Positions 39,482 to 48,793 of a DNA stretch of 64,000 nt are shown here, in pieces. Made by a program: the position numbers and the translations under genes. A model generated the notes under the pieces. The model saw only the letters and a program-made list of their open reading frames with translations, did no database searches and had not been told where the DNA came from. The stretch covers positions 256,001 to 320,000 of the forward strand of contig CAWAHW010000004.1 of NCBI GenBank assembly GCA_963781885.1. The letters are read 5' to 3'. Source of the stretch: an uncultured Spirochaetota bacterium (GTDB taxonomy: Bacteria > Spirochaetota > Spirochaetia > SZUA-6 > Fen-1364). Position 1 is the first letter of the stretch. Each line of letters opens with the position of its first letter.

Positions 39482-41065
39482 TTACGCGTGTCTCATGCTC
39501 ATGGCCAGAAGCCTTCGCAGCCTCTCGCGATTTGCGGCGTCATAGTACTCCACGGGGTTGTAGTCATCCGTGAGCACGATGCCGCGGGTGAGATCGGGCT
39601 GCCACGTCCGGGCAAAGGCAGCCTTCACGTCGTCAAGCGCCTGGGGATGAACGCGGCTGTAGTCGGGGGTCCGCAGCATCGTGAGCGGGGAACGCAGCGA
39701 CGCGACGAAAAGCGTGTTCGCGGTCTTCACGCCATGCACGACCACGCTGGGAAAGACCTCCCGCAGCGTCTTGTACAGCGACGCCCCCATGTAGTCGCCG
39801 GCCGCATTGAATTCCACGAATGTGTTCATCACCAGAGTGCCGTCCGGCTTCAGGACCTTGCGCACGGCCTCGAAGGCTTCCCGGCTCATCAGGTGCGACG
39901 GGCTGCCGTCGCCGACAAAGGCATCGAGGATCACCGCGTCGTACTTCTTCCCGGTCGTATTGAGGAACCACCGGCCGTCTCCGATGGTAAGGGCGATCGC
40001 GCTGGTATCCAGCCCGAACCAGGAGCGGGCGACGTCCACGACGGCCGGGTTGATCTCCACCACGTCCACGCGCGCGCCGTCGGCGGCGAGATCGCGCGGC
40101 ACGATGCCGATGCCCAGCCCGATGCACAGCACGTCGTCAAGACGGGGCGTGTAGGCGCGCGCGAGATCCTCCAGCATCCACGTGAACATGACGGTGCTGG
40201 ATTGCCGGCTCGTGTCGTAGACGTTCTGGATGAGGTAGTCGGTGAGGTAATAGCGATAGGGAAGCTGCGGTGACTGCAGGACCTGGATCATGCCGAAGCT
40301 CGAATTCCCGCGGTACAGCTCTTCGCCGGCGGGAAGCCGCGGCCCGTCGACGGTGAGCCCGTACCAGCCAAGACCGGCCCCGGCGACGATGCAGACGGCC
40401 ACCGCGACCGTCGCGCCGGTGCGCCGTCCCCAGATGAGGAAGTAGCATGCCACGAGCACCGCGAGCGCCGCGGCAGTCCCGTACATCGTCGTGGAATTGG
40501 GCAGGAGCGGAATCAGGAGGTAGCCGATGATGGCCGTGCCGAGAAAGCTCCCGAGCGTGCTGACAAAGGACACGCGCCCGACCGTGCCGCCCACGCCGGC
40601 AAGAGTCTGCGCCACCACGCGCACGAGGAAGGGACCCGTCATGGCGAGCAGGAAAAGGGGGATGAAGAAGAGACAGACCGCGGAAAGCAGCGACCCGACC
40701 GGCAGCGGCAGGGAGAGGAGCTGGTAGGCCAGCCATTCCCGCACGGCAACCGTGGCCACCAGGGCGATGGCGGCGATCAGGATGGCGACGTACAGCCTTC
40801 CCAGCCGTGCGGACCGGGTCACGAGGCGCCCACCCGCGTAGTAGCCGAGCGCGAGCGCCGCCATCGTCACGGCGATCTGCGCCGTCCACACGAAGTGCGA
40901 CGTGCCGAAATACGGCGCGAGCATCTTTGCCCCGAGTATCTCCACGATCATGACCGCCGCCCCCGCGATGCAGGCGGTGACGTAGAGGAAGCCCTGCAGC
41001 CCGCGCGGGAGCGCAGGCTGCTGCGATGATTCCTGTTGTGCCGGGACCTGGTGTTTGTTTTTCAT
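39482..41065 (-). CDS. Fused membrane domain / spermidine synthase-like methyltransferase
   Basis: N-terminal TM bundle (EILGAKMLAPYFGTS), VLCIGLGIG, VVEINP, ILDAF, LTDDYNPVE. Confidence 0.88.
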   Translation of the reverse strand: MKNKHQVPAQQESSQQPALPRGLQGFLYVTACIAGAAVMIVEILGAKMLAPYFGTSHFVWTAQIAVTMAALALGYYAGGRLVTRSARLGRLYVAILIAAIALVATVAVREWLAYQLLSLPLPVGSLLSAVCLFFIPLFLLAMTGPFLVRVVAQTLAGVGGTVGRVSFVSTLGSFLGTAIIGYLLIPLLPNSTTMYGTAAALAVLVACYFLIWGRRTGATVAVAVCIVAGAGLGWYGLTVDGPRLPAGEELYRGNSSFGMIQVLQSPQLPYRYYLTDYLIQNVYDTSRQSSTVMFTWMLEDLARAYTPRLDDVLCIGLGIGIVPRDLAADGARVDVVEINPAVVDVARSWFGLDTSAIALTIGDGRWFLNTTGKKYDAVILDAFVGDGSPSHLMSREAFEAVRKVLKPDGTLVMNTFVEFNAAGDYMGASLYKTLREVFPSVVVHGVKTANTLFVASLRSPLTMLRTPDYSRVHPQALDDVKAAFARTWQPDLTRGIVLTDDYNPVEYYDAANRERLRRLLAMSMRHA

Positions 41066-41125
41066 GCCTCTCCCCCGGCGCAGTGTACATGGCCGGGGGA
41101 TTTTCGTCTCCGGTACGGAAGGGCG

Positions 41126-42676
41126 TCAGGCGGCGCCCTGGTCCTTCCGCGCCGCGGGTGTTCCGGCCACGAAAGGCTTTCCCTCCTGCTCGCAGAGCTC
41201 CTGGATGATGCGCCGGCCGTCCTGTGCCGCGGTCGGCAGACCCGCAGCGGGCCGGGTCCATTGCCCGATCATGGCGAAATGGGCAAGCGACGGGATGCGC
41301 CGTTCGATCTCCCGGCGCATCGTCGCCACCGTCGGTCTCCATCCCTCGTAGGAGCCCTTGTGATTGCCGGTAAAATGCACGGTGGTGAGCGGCGTGGCGA
41401 CGTCCGTGGCCTCGATGTCGGCGGCAATGCCGGGGAACATCGTCTCCAGCCACGCGGTGGTATCGGAGAGCACGCGGGCCTTGCGGGCCGCATAGGCGGT
41501 CTTGTCGGCCTGCAGCTTCTCCCAGCCTTCCCAGGGACTCTGGTAAAGCACGGTGAGCGCGGTCTTGCCCGCAGGCGCCATTGTGGGGTCGAAGGAGTAG
41601 TTGTTCAGCATCAGGAAAGGCGGCCGCTCGCCCCCGATTTCCACCGGGGCAGAGGGTCTGATGGTCCGCAGGCGTGGAAGCTCGGTGAGGGGAATGAGGC
41701 GACGCAGCCCGTAGGAGACCTGCACGAATGGCAGGTACAACGGAAGCGTGCTGTACGCCTCCCGGAGCCCCGCGGTCATGTACCGGCCCTTCAACATGCC
41801 AAACAGCGTGGTGCGGCCGTCAGCGGCGCTGATCACCTCGTCGGCTTCGTGGACCGCGCCGTCCGCGAGACGTATGCCCACCGCTCTCCCGTCGCGCACG
41901 ACGATCTCTTCCACTTTCGCGCCGAAATGAATCACCCCGCCAAGGTCCGTGTACCGCCTCCAGATCGCGCGGGCAAGACCGAGCGAGCCACCCTCCGGCC
42001 AACCTCCCGCCTTTTCGTTCTGAATCGACGCGATCATGAGAAGGTTCATGGCCGGCATTCCCTCGATGGGCAGCGCGAGCTCGAAAAATGCGCGCAGGTC
42101 GGGGTGCCGGTAGCCCGCCGCGTACTGCTCGATGGTCACGCCGTACCGGCGGAACATCGGAAGATACCTTCGGATTTTCCACATGCCGCGCATGCGGGCA
42201 AGGAAACCGCGGATGCCGGGCTCCTGCGCGGGCGCCTTTGCCGACCCCATGCGGCTGCCGAAACCTGTCCAGAGCCGCACGTCCGATGCAAGCACGTCCA
42301 GCCTTCTGGCGTCCCGCGCGGAAGGCGCGACCGCCTCCTTCAAATGCGCCACGAGCCGGTTGACGTCGCTGTACTGCGTGAGCCTCTTCCCGCTGGGGAG
42401 CACCATGTCGCAGAACACTTCATGGTTGTAGATCCGCCTGCCGTCCAGGGCCCCCAGCTCGTCCCACATGCGGCGGATCGGGCCCGCGGAACCCGTGCCC
42501 ACGAGGAAATGCAGGCATCCGTCGAAGGTGAAGCCCTTGCGCGTCCACCCCGTGCAGACGCCGCCGGGCGCCGTGTGCATCTCGAAGATCTCCGTCTCAT
42601 ACCCGTTCATGCGGCCGTAGCAGCCCGCGGAGAGCCCGGCGATCCCCCCGCCGATGATCACGATTTTCCTTGCCAT
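41126..42676 (-). CDS. Phytoene desaturase-family NAD(P)/FAD oxidoreductase
   Basis: IIGGGIAGLSAG..FEMHTAPGGVCTGW, VATPLT, GQW. Confidence 0.87.
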   Translation of the reverse strand: MARKIVIIGGGIAGLSAGCYGRMNGYETEIFEMHTAPGGVCTGWTRKGFTFDGCLHFLVGTGSAGPIRRMWDELGALDGRRIYNHEVFCDMVLPSGKRLTQYSDVNRLVAHLKEAVAPSARDARRLDVLASDVRLWTGFGSRMGSAKAPAQEPGIRGFLARMRGMWKIRRYLPMFRRYGVTIEQYAAGYRHPDLRAFFELALPIEGMPAMNLLMIASIQNEKAGGWPEGGSLGLARAIWRRYTDLGGVIHFGAKVEEIVVRDGRAVGIRLADGAVHEADEVISAADGRTTLFGMLKGRYMTAGLREAYSTLPLYLPFVQVSYGLRRLIPLTELPRLRTIRPSAPVEIGGERPPFLMLNNYSFDPTMAPAGKTALTVLYQSPWEGWEKLQADKTAYAARKARVLSDTTAWLETMFPGIAADIEATDVATPLTTVHFTGNHKGSYEGWRPTVATMRREIERRIPSLAHFAMIGQWTRPAAGLPTAAQDGRRIIQELCEQEGKPFVAGTPAARKDQGAA

Positions 42677-42691
42677 ATATGCTCCTTTGAT

Positions 42692-43276
42692 TTACGCGAA
42701 CAGCCTGTTCAGCATGCACTCGATGTAAAGGGCGCGGGCGTCATCGTCGGCATAGTCGAGCCCGCTTGCATCTTTCACGGTGTTCGCCACGAGGAAGGGG
42801 AATACCACGCAGGAGAGCGCCATGAGGGCCGCATCGCCCGGCTGCGTGGCTCCCGCGCCGCCTGCTTCCGCGATGACCTGTCCAACCTTGTCCAGCATCT
42901 CTTTCATGTAGCGGCCGTAGTAGGTGTCGCCGCTTTCCTTGAAAAAAAGGCTGAGAAAGGAGGTCCTCGTGAGGCCGGGAAATTTCATGAGGCCGTACGC
43001 GTAGCCGGTCAGGAAATCCCTGAGGCGCGCTTTCGGTTCCCGGCCCGGCGCGAACAGGTGCGTCAATCCCTTTGCAAATGCCTCCGCGGTCGCGGCTTCC
43101 CCGGCCTTGTCGATCAGCTCGTCCTTGCTGCGGAAGTGGTAGTTGATCGCCGCGATATTCACCCCCGCCGCCTCGGCGATCCTGCGCGTCGTGAGCTCCT
43201 CTCGCGTGACCGAGAATATGAGCTTGACGGCAGAATCCAGGATCTTTTTCCGGGTTGTGAGATCTTCTGGTGCCAT
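42692..43276 (-). CDS. TetR/AcrR-family transcriptional regulator
   Basis: TTRRIAEAAGVNIAAINYHFRSKDEL. GGAGG RBS. Confidence 0.92.
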   Translation of the reverse strand: MAPEDLTTRKKILDSAVKLIFSVTREELTTRRIAEAAGVNIAAINYHFRSKDELIDKAGEAATAEAFAKGLTHLFAPGREPKARLRDFLTGYAYGLMKFPGLTRTSFLSLFFKESGDTYYGRYMKEMLDKVGQVIAEAGGAGATQPGDAALMALSCVVFPFLVANTVKDASGLDYADDDARALYIECMLNRLFA

Positions 43277-43298
43277 TTCGCCTCCAAAGGATTGCTTA

Positions 43299-43349
43299 AA
43301 TCAATGATTCAAACAGTGATTAATATACAGTTTAAAAATAACTTGTCAA
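43299..43349 (-). promoter_or_regulatory. Promoter and probable tandem operator of the tetR operon
   Basis: Minus strand TTGACA, 16 nt, TATATT. Tandem AATCAATGATT / AAACAGTGATT boxes downstream. Confidence 0.6.
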
Positions 43350-43410
43350 GCGGAAATCAAAAAAAGGCGGCGGCGATGTTAATGAAGCCGGTAACGTCAA
43401 GCGGTGAGAG

Positions 43411-43770
43411 TCAGCGCGACTCGCTCGTGCCCCACCACCGTGATGCCCAGTCCGAGAGGGTTCGCACGGCGCTTTCCAGGTCCCTGCCCGCCTCCGTCAG
43501 CTCATACTCCACCCTGACCGGGGAGGTCGGCAGAACGTGGCGCACAACGAGCTTTTTTACCTCCAGCTCACGAAGCCTTTGCGACAGGAGCGGATCTGAG
43601 AGGCCGGGGATTGACGCGATGATGCTGCTGAATCTATGCGGACCATTGATGAGGACGCGCAGGATGACGCCCATCCAGCGTCGGCTCAGGAGGTCCATGA
43701 GCTCTGCATAAAGGGGGCAGAATGCGGTGATGGGACTGCCGGTTTCTATCTTAGCTACCATTTTGTTCAT
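43411..43770 (-). CDS. HxlR-family transcriptional regulator
   Basis: FCP (redox Cys), RRWMGVIL, LSQRLRELE, PVRVEYELTEAG. Confidence 0.92.
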   Translation of the reverse strand: MNKMVAKIETGSPITAFCPLYAELMDLLSRRWMGVILRVLINGPHRFSSIIASIPGLSDPLLSQRLRELEVKKLVVRHVLPTSPVRVEYELTEAGRDLESAVRTLSDWASRWWGTSESR

Positions 43771-43820
43771 TTCTCCAATATAGTATAGATACTAATATTA
43801 GGCAATTACATATTATTTTA

Positions 43821-43845
43821 TAACTTACTTGTCTTTTGTAAGTTA
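43821..43845. promoter_or_regulatory. Probable HxlR operator
   Basis: TAACTTAC-N9-GTAAGTTA in the AT-rich divergent intergenic region. Confidence 0.6.
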
Positions 43846-43917
43846 ATTGTCTATCTTCTGTTCTGTTGAAGCAGACAAGCGTGCCGGCTTCAAACACTGA
43901 CAAGAAGGAGACAGAAC

Positions 43918-44541
43918 ATGATAAAAGCTGCCATCATAATAGGGAGCACCAGGCCGGGACGCCACGCCGACGCAGTGGCGAAATGGGTGCTGGAACATGC
44001 GAAAAAGAGAACGGACGCGGAGTTCGAGATCGTCGACCTGAAGGACTACAACCTCCCGCTTCTGGACGAGCCAATGCCGCCCTCGATGGGTCAATACAGC
44101 AAGCCTCACACGAAGGCGTGGGCGGAGAAAATCGCCTCTTACGACGCATTCGTATTCGTGACGCCGGAGTACAATCATGCACCCTCGGCGGCGCTGAAGA
44201 ATGCCATCGATTTCATCTATGCCGAGTGGAACAACAAGGCGGCCGGCTTCGTGAGCTACGGGAGCGCCAACGGCGCGCGCGCCGTGGAGCATCTGCGCCT
44301 GATCATGGGTGAGCTGCAGATAGCCGACGTGCGCGCCCAGGTCCTGCTCTCCCTGATGACCGACTTTGAGAACTGGACCACTTTCAAGCCAAACCCGATG
44401 CACGAGACATCCTTGAATACGATGCTGGATCAGCTCGTCGCCTGGGGCACCGCGCTGAAGACGGTCCGCGCCCTCAATCCCGCCAAGCAGTTCCGTCCTG
44501 TGCAGGTGCAAAAGGAAGTAGCCAAGACCGCAGCTTCGTGA
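43918..44541 (+). CDS. NADPH-dependent FMN reductase
   Basis: IIGSTRPGR, VTPEYNH, LKNAID, FVSYG. AAGGAG RBS. Confidence 0.93.
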   Translation: MIKAAIIIGSTRPGRHADAVAKWVLEHAKKRTDAEFEIVDLKDYNLPLLDEPMPPSMGQYSKPHTKAWAEKIASYDAFVFVTPEYNHAPSAALKNAIDFIYAEWNNKAAGFVSYGSANGARAVEHLRLIMGELQIADVRAQVLLSLMTDFENWTTFKPNPMHETSLNTMLDQLVAWGTALKTVRALNPAKQFRPVQVQKEVAKTAAS

Positions 44542-44680
44542 TCACTCCGCGCGGCCGGAGACCCCTCCGGCCGTTGCTTTTCCCCTGTGGATGAGCCCGC
44601 CTCCACTGCTCCGCTTCCCGCAGAATTTCTTTTTGTCTTTCCAGGACGAATACCTGAATCTCCAGCCAGTTCCGAAACAT
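44474..44680 (-). CDS. Small hypothetical protein (68 aa), candidate WYL target
   Basis: AAGGAG RBS 5 nt before ATG 44680. MFRNWLEIQVFVLERQKEILREAEQWRR. Divergent from the WYL gene; 3' end overlaps the FMN reductase antisense. Confidence 0.55.
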   Translation of the reverse strand: MFRNWLEIQVFVLERQKEILREAEQWRRAHPQGKSNGRRGLRPRGVITKLRSWLLPFAPAQDGTAWRD

Positions 44681-44736
44681 ATCGGCTCCTTTCATTCATG
44701 GCCGCTTGATCATTCCGCTTCATCAACATAAGATAC

Positions 44737-44763
44737 TAATGAGGACGTAATCAGTCCTCATTA
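44737..44763. promoter_or_regulatory. Perfect palindrome, probable WYL regulator site
   Basis: TAATGAGGAC-GTAATCA-GTCCTCATTA. Confidence 0.7.
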
Positions 44764-44802
44764 AAAAAATCGAAAGATTTTTCGAAATGGGAGGATTGCG
44801 CG

Positions 44803-45792
44803 ATGTACCACCCGACAGGCCGGGTGCTGACGGTGCTGGAGCTGCTCCAGTCCCGACCGGGACTGACGGGCCCCGAGCTCGCTTCACGGCTGGAGACTGA
44901 CGTTCGCACGGTGCGGCGCTACGTGGCGAAGCTGAAGGACGTCGGCATCCCGGTGGAGGCGAGCGCGGGACGATACGGCGGCTACAGGCTGCGGCCGGGC
45001 TACAAGCTGCCGCCGCTCATCTTCAGCGAGCACGAGGCGGCGGCAATCGTCCTGGGCCTGCTGGGCAACACGTGGCTGGAGGTCGGACAGTCGCAGGCGG
45101 CCGTGGAGGGCGCGCTTTCCAAGATCACCCGGGTGCTGCCGCAGGCGGCGCGGGACCGGGTCCTCGCGATGTCTGCCGTCACGTTCCTCTCGCCGGCCCG
45201 GGAGGACCAACGCCCCGACGCATCGCTCCTCATGCTCCTGAGCGAGGCAATCCAGTCGCTCCAGTGCGTGCGCCTTGCCTACAAGTCCGAGCGCGATGAG
45301 ATCACGCACAGGACGGTGGAGCCCTACGGACTGGTGGGCCGCTCGGGCAAGTGGTACCTGGTCGGGTGGTGCCGGCTGCGCGTAGACTACAGGACGTTCC
45401 GTCTGGACCGCATCCTGGAGATCGCGCCCGCCCCGGAACGCTTCACGAAGAATGACGACTTCGACTTTCGCGCTTATGCAATCAGACAGCTCGACAACTA
45501 CCCCGTCAACTTCCATCTGCGGGTGACGTTCAAAGCGTCCATGGCAAAGGTGCGCGAGCGCGTTTCGCCGTCCCTGGGCACCTTCACCGAGACACCGCAC
45601 GGCGTGCTTTTCCACTGGCCAATCGATGACCTGGACTACGGAGCGCGCTACCTCGTGGCGCGGGGCATTCCCTTTATCGTGCAGGAGCCGGTGGAGTTCC
45701 GCGAGGTGCTCCGCCGGCTTTCCCGGGAGATCGCGCAGAGGGCGGAAGACGCGGAGAGAGATAATTCAGCTCCAGAGAGGCGCGGATCGTGA
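44803..45792 (+). CDS. YafY-like HTH-WYL-WCX transcriptional regulator
   Basis: RVLTVLELLQ..VRTVRRYV..GRYGGYRL..LPPL; VEPYGLV..KWYLVGWC..RTFRLDRI. Confidence 0.94.
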   Translation: MYHPTGRVLTVLELLQSRPGLTGPELASRLETDVRTVRRYVAKLKDVGIPVEASAGRYGGYRLRPGYKLPPLIFSEHEAAAIVLGLLGNTWLEVGQSQAAVEGALSKITRVLPQAARDRVLAMSAVTFLSPAREDQRPDASLLMLLSEAIQSLQCVRLAYKSERDEITHRTVEPYGLVGRSGKWYLVGWCRLRVDYRTFRLDRILEIAPAPERFTKNDDFDFRAYAIRQLDNYPVNFHLRVTFKASMAKVRERVSPSLGTFTETPHGVLFHWPIDDLDYGARYLVARGIPFIVQEPVEFREVLRRLSREIAQRAEDAERDNSAPERRGS

Positions 45793-45984
45793 CGAGGCTA
45801 TAGTCATAGGGAGCGCACGCGCGTTCGACGGTCCTCTCATGACCGACTGACCCCGCGGGGGGACAATCATCGAGCGCCCGCGTCCATTCCGCCGCCGCGA
45901 CGGCCCGATCGCCAATTTCCGACACCGCATCCAACCTCGGGTCACTCAGCGCGAAGCCGCGGAAAGGAGAAAGCACAAAGCGGC

Positions 45985-47685
45985 ATGTGGCGAGGAGACG
46001 AGGAGATATCCCAACTCTTTGACGAGTTGCACCGTTTGCGCGAGGAATTGCGCCGGTGGAAGCTCGACATGCGGTCCGGCATCGACCTGCGCGCCGTGGC
46101 GGAAAAGGCGAGCTGCCCGATCTGCGTGACGAATCTCGCCGGCCGGCTGCTGTACGCCAACCCCTTTTTCGCAGCCCGGCACGGCTGCGAGCGCGAGGAC
46201 TGCATCGGCCGCGCCCTTTCGAGCTTCCTGGCCGCAGACAGCCAGCAGGAGTGGAACCGGCTGCGCGCGCTCGTTGCCGAAGGACAGACGGTCGCCGCCG
46301 ACACGCTGGTTCACGCCGCACGCGGCGGCCGCGCGTTCGCCACCGCCTCGGTCCTGTACCCGCTGCCCGATTCCGTGGGAGCCCCTGCCTTCATCGTCCT
46401 GCTCTCAATGGAGATGCGCGAGCCCCCCCGCCGGGGCCGCCCCCGCCCTGCCGTGCAGGCGGACGCAAAGAATCGCCGCTTTTTCGAGGAGGCGCCTCTT
46501 CCATACGTCGTCTTGGACCGTCGCGGCCGCATTCGCGACATCAACCGCCAATGGCGGGAGTCGTTCGGCCACAGCCTCCGTGCGATACGCGGGGTGCCGT
46601 TCGCGAGGCTCCTGGATCAGGAAAGCCGCATCCGCTTCGAGCGCGATTTCCCGCTGCTAGGCCATTCGGATGCCCGGTCGGAATCCGCGTTTCACCTCTC
46701 GACGCCTTTCGGCCGGCCGGTCATGATAATCTTCCGCGCGCGCGCCCGGCAGGATGCCGCCGGCAATCCGCGGGAAATCCTGCTCCTCGCCTGGGACGTG
46801 ACCGCGCACGTGAGCGCCATGGAGCAATTCCGCCGCACGGACCTTCTCCTGCGCCAGGCCGAGATCCAGGGCGGGCTTGGATCCTGGGAGCTCGATCTCC
46901 AGACCGGCCTCCTGCTGTGGTCGGACGAGATGTATCGGCTCCTGGGGCGCGACAAATCCCTGGGCCCGCCCGGGCTCCACGACGCGCTTGGACTGTTCGG
47001 ATTCGACGAGAAGGATCTCGAGGAGATCGTCCGCCGGGCGCGGACAAGCGGGGAGAAGATCGAGCGCGAGTTTTCCCAGGCCGCCGCGGACGGAGAGCGA
47101 CGATGGTTTCACGGCATCATCAATGCAAGCCTGGATTCCGCCGGAAGACCATCCAGGCTCTTTGGCTCCCTCCAGGACATCACGGAGCGAAGGACGTTCG
47201 AAAAAAGACTCCGTGAAAGGGATGCCCGCATGCTGCGCCAGAACCAAGAGCTGGCGGAAAAGAACCTGAAGCTGACGGAGCTCCTGGCACGGCTTCAAGA
47301 GGCGGAGCAGGCGACAGACACGAGGGTGCGCGCGGTCATCAACTGGTCGTTGATTCCACTCCTCCACCAGCTGAAAAAGCATGCAAAGGGCGATCGGCAG
47401 GATTTCGATCTCTTGGAAGAAGCGCTGAAGACCTTCTCCTTCCAATCAGGACAGCAGCCCCATTCATCGCTTGCCATGCTCACACGCCGGGAGCTGGAAA
47501 TCTGCCACATGATCCGCAGTGGGCTGTCATCGAAAGAAATCGCTGCCCGGCTTTCAATCACGTCGCAGAGCGTGCAGACCCACAGGAACCATATCCGTCG
47601 TAAGCTCGGGTTGCTGAACAAGGGCCTCAATCTTGGGGGGTATTTGCAAACCTTTGAAAATGGCACCAAGGCACGCGATACATGA
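45985..47685 (+). CDS. Multi-PAS LuxR-HTH one-component regulator
   Basis: Three PAS-like segments (LYANPFF, DINRQW, LGSWELD..WSDEMY..QDITER), a coiled coil, then LTRRELEIC..GLSSKEIA..HRNHIRRKLG. Confidence 0.88.
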   Translation: MWRGDEEISQLFDELHRLREELRRWKLDMRSGIDLRAVAEKASCPICVTNLAGRLLYANPFFAARHGCEREDCIGRALSSFLAADSQQEWNRLRALVAEGQTVAADTLVHAARGGRAFATASVLYPLPDSVGAPAFIVLLSMEMREPPRRGRPRPAVQADAKNRRFFEEAPLPYVVLDRRGRIRDINRQWRESFGHSLRAIRGVPFARLLDQESRIRFERDFPLLGHSDARSESAFHLSTPFGRPVMIIFRARARQDAAGNPREILLLAWDVTAHVSAMEQFRRTDLLLRQAEIQGGLGSWELDLQTGLLLWSDEMYRLLGRDKSLGPPGLHDALGLFGFDEKDLEEIVRRARTSGEKIEREFSQAAADGERRWFHGIINASLDSAGRPSRLFGSLQDITERRTFEKRLRERDARMLRQNQELAEKNLKLTELLARLQEAEQATDTRVRAVINWSLIPLLHQLKKHAKGDRQDFDLLEEALKTFSFQSGQQPHSSLAMLTRRELEICHMIRSGLSSKEIAARLSITSQSVQTHRNHIRRKLGLLNKGLNLGGYLQTFENGTKARDT

Positions 47686-47824
47686 AACATACCTGATTCA
47701 TTATCAAAAAACACATACAAAATATAAAATATCTAAAATAAATCCATGATATTAATTATCAGCGATGACAACAGTTGAGCGCAATTCAACGTAAAGGCAA
47801 GCGGGTCATCAATGGAGTACCCAT

Positions 47825-48793
47825 ATGTCTGTGAAATTACGGGGAACGGAAAGTTTGGTCGGCAGGAAAAAACAGGTACGCGGGCGAATGCCGCCCTGCC
47901 CCTCTGCGAACGAATCGCCGGAATTCCTGGATGAGCTGGAAAGGATGTTCCAAGAAAGCAAGGGATTCGGCAATGCAAGCCTGAAGCTCGACGCCAGTAT
48001 TCCGCTCGCGCGCACGGACCTCGGCCAGTGCCCGCAGGATGAGGTGGACTCGCCGGCCGTCGACCTTACGATACGCAGATGGAGGGCCCTGGAGGCCCTG
48101 CGAATCCAGATGAGAAGGATCGAGGCGATTCGCAATCAAACACGGGGCACCGTCCATGAGTTCAACAACATCCTCACGACCATCATCTGCCACGTCGAGC
48201 TGCTTCTCTCCGACCCAGGCTTGCAAGGCCCGCTCGCAAAGGAAATCGACGCGGTGAGGGGTGAAGTCAGACGCGCCATCAGTCTCAGCGGGCAGCTCTC
48301 CGCCATGTGCCATATGCCCGCGGGGCAGCTTCGATTGCTCGATCTGAGCGTCTTCATCTGCGCAATGGGCGAGAAAATACGCGGCATTACGGGGAGCCCT
48401 CGCTCCCTATCACTCGCTACCGATCCTCTGGCGGGCATCGTCCTGGCCGATCCTGCTTCCCTGGAGCAGGTTGTCCTTGGGCTCGCCCGTCTCGTCTGCG
48501 AAGGGCTGCGGGGCAACGACAGATTGGACGTGGAGACGAGGCGCCAGGCCCGGCCGCCGCGGGCGTCCTCCGATACCGACATCGAGGAACGCGCGGTGCT
48601 CGTTCTTCGGCCGCTGCGGCAGGAAGCGAGCGCCGGAGAGACTCCCTCGGATGCGCGGGATGCCCTGCCAAGGCTGCAGGCCCTCGCGGATCCAATCGGC
48701 GCCCGCATCGACGTCGAATGCGTGCTTCCGCACGGCTGGGGCTGCCGTCTTTCGCTTCCGTCCTTCTCGACGCCCGCGACACAACGACGATGA
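47825..48793 (+). CDS. Histidine kinase-like protein with intact H-box and degenerate ATPase domain
   Basis: VHEFNNILTTI H-box. ADPASLEQVVLGLA lacks the N-box Asn and no DxGxG or G2 box is present. Start uncertain. Confidence 0.7.
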   Translation: MSVKLRGTESLVGRKKQVRGRMPPCPSANESPEFLDELERMFQESKGFGNASLKLDASIPLARTDLGQCPQDEVDSPAVDLTIRRWRALEALRIQMRRIEAIRNQTRGTVHEFNNILTTIICHVELLLSDPGLQGPLAKEIDAVRGEVRRAISLSGQLSAMCHMPAGQLRLLDLSVFICAMGEKIRGITGSPRSLSLATDPLAGIVLADPASLEQVVLGLARLVCEGLRGNDRLDVETRRQARPPRASSDTDIEERAVLVLRPLRQEASAGETPSDARDALPRLQALADPIGARIDVECVLPHGWGCRLSLPSFSTPATQRR

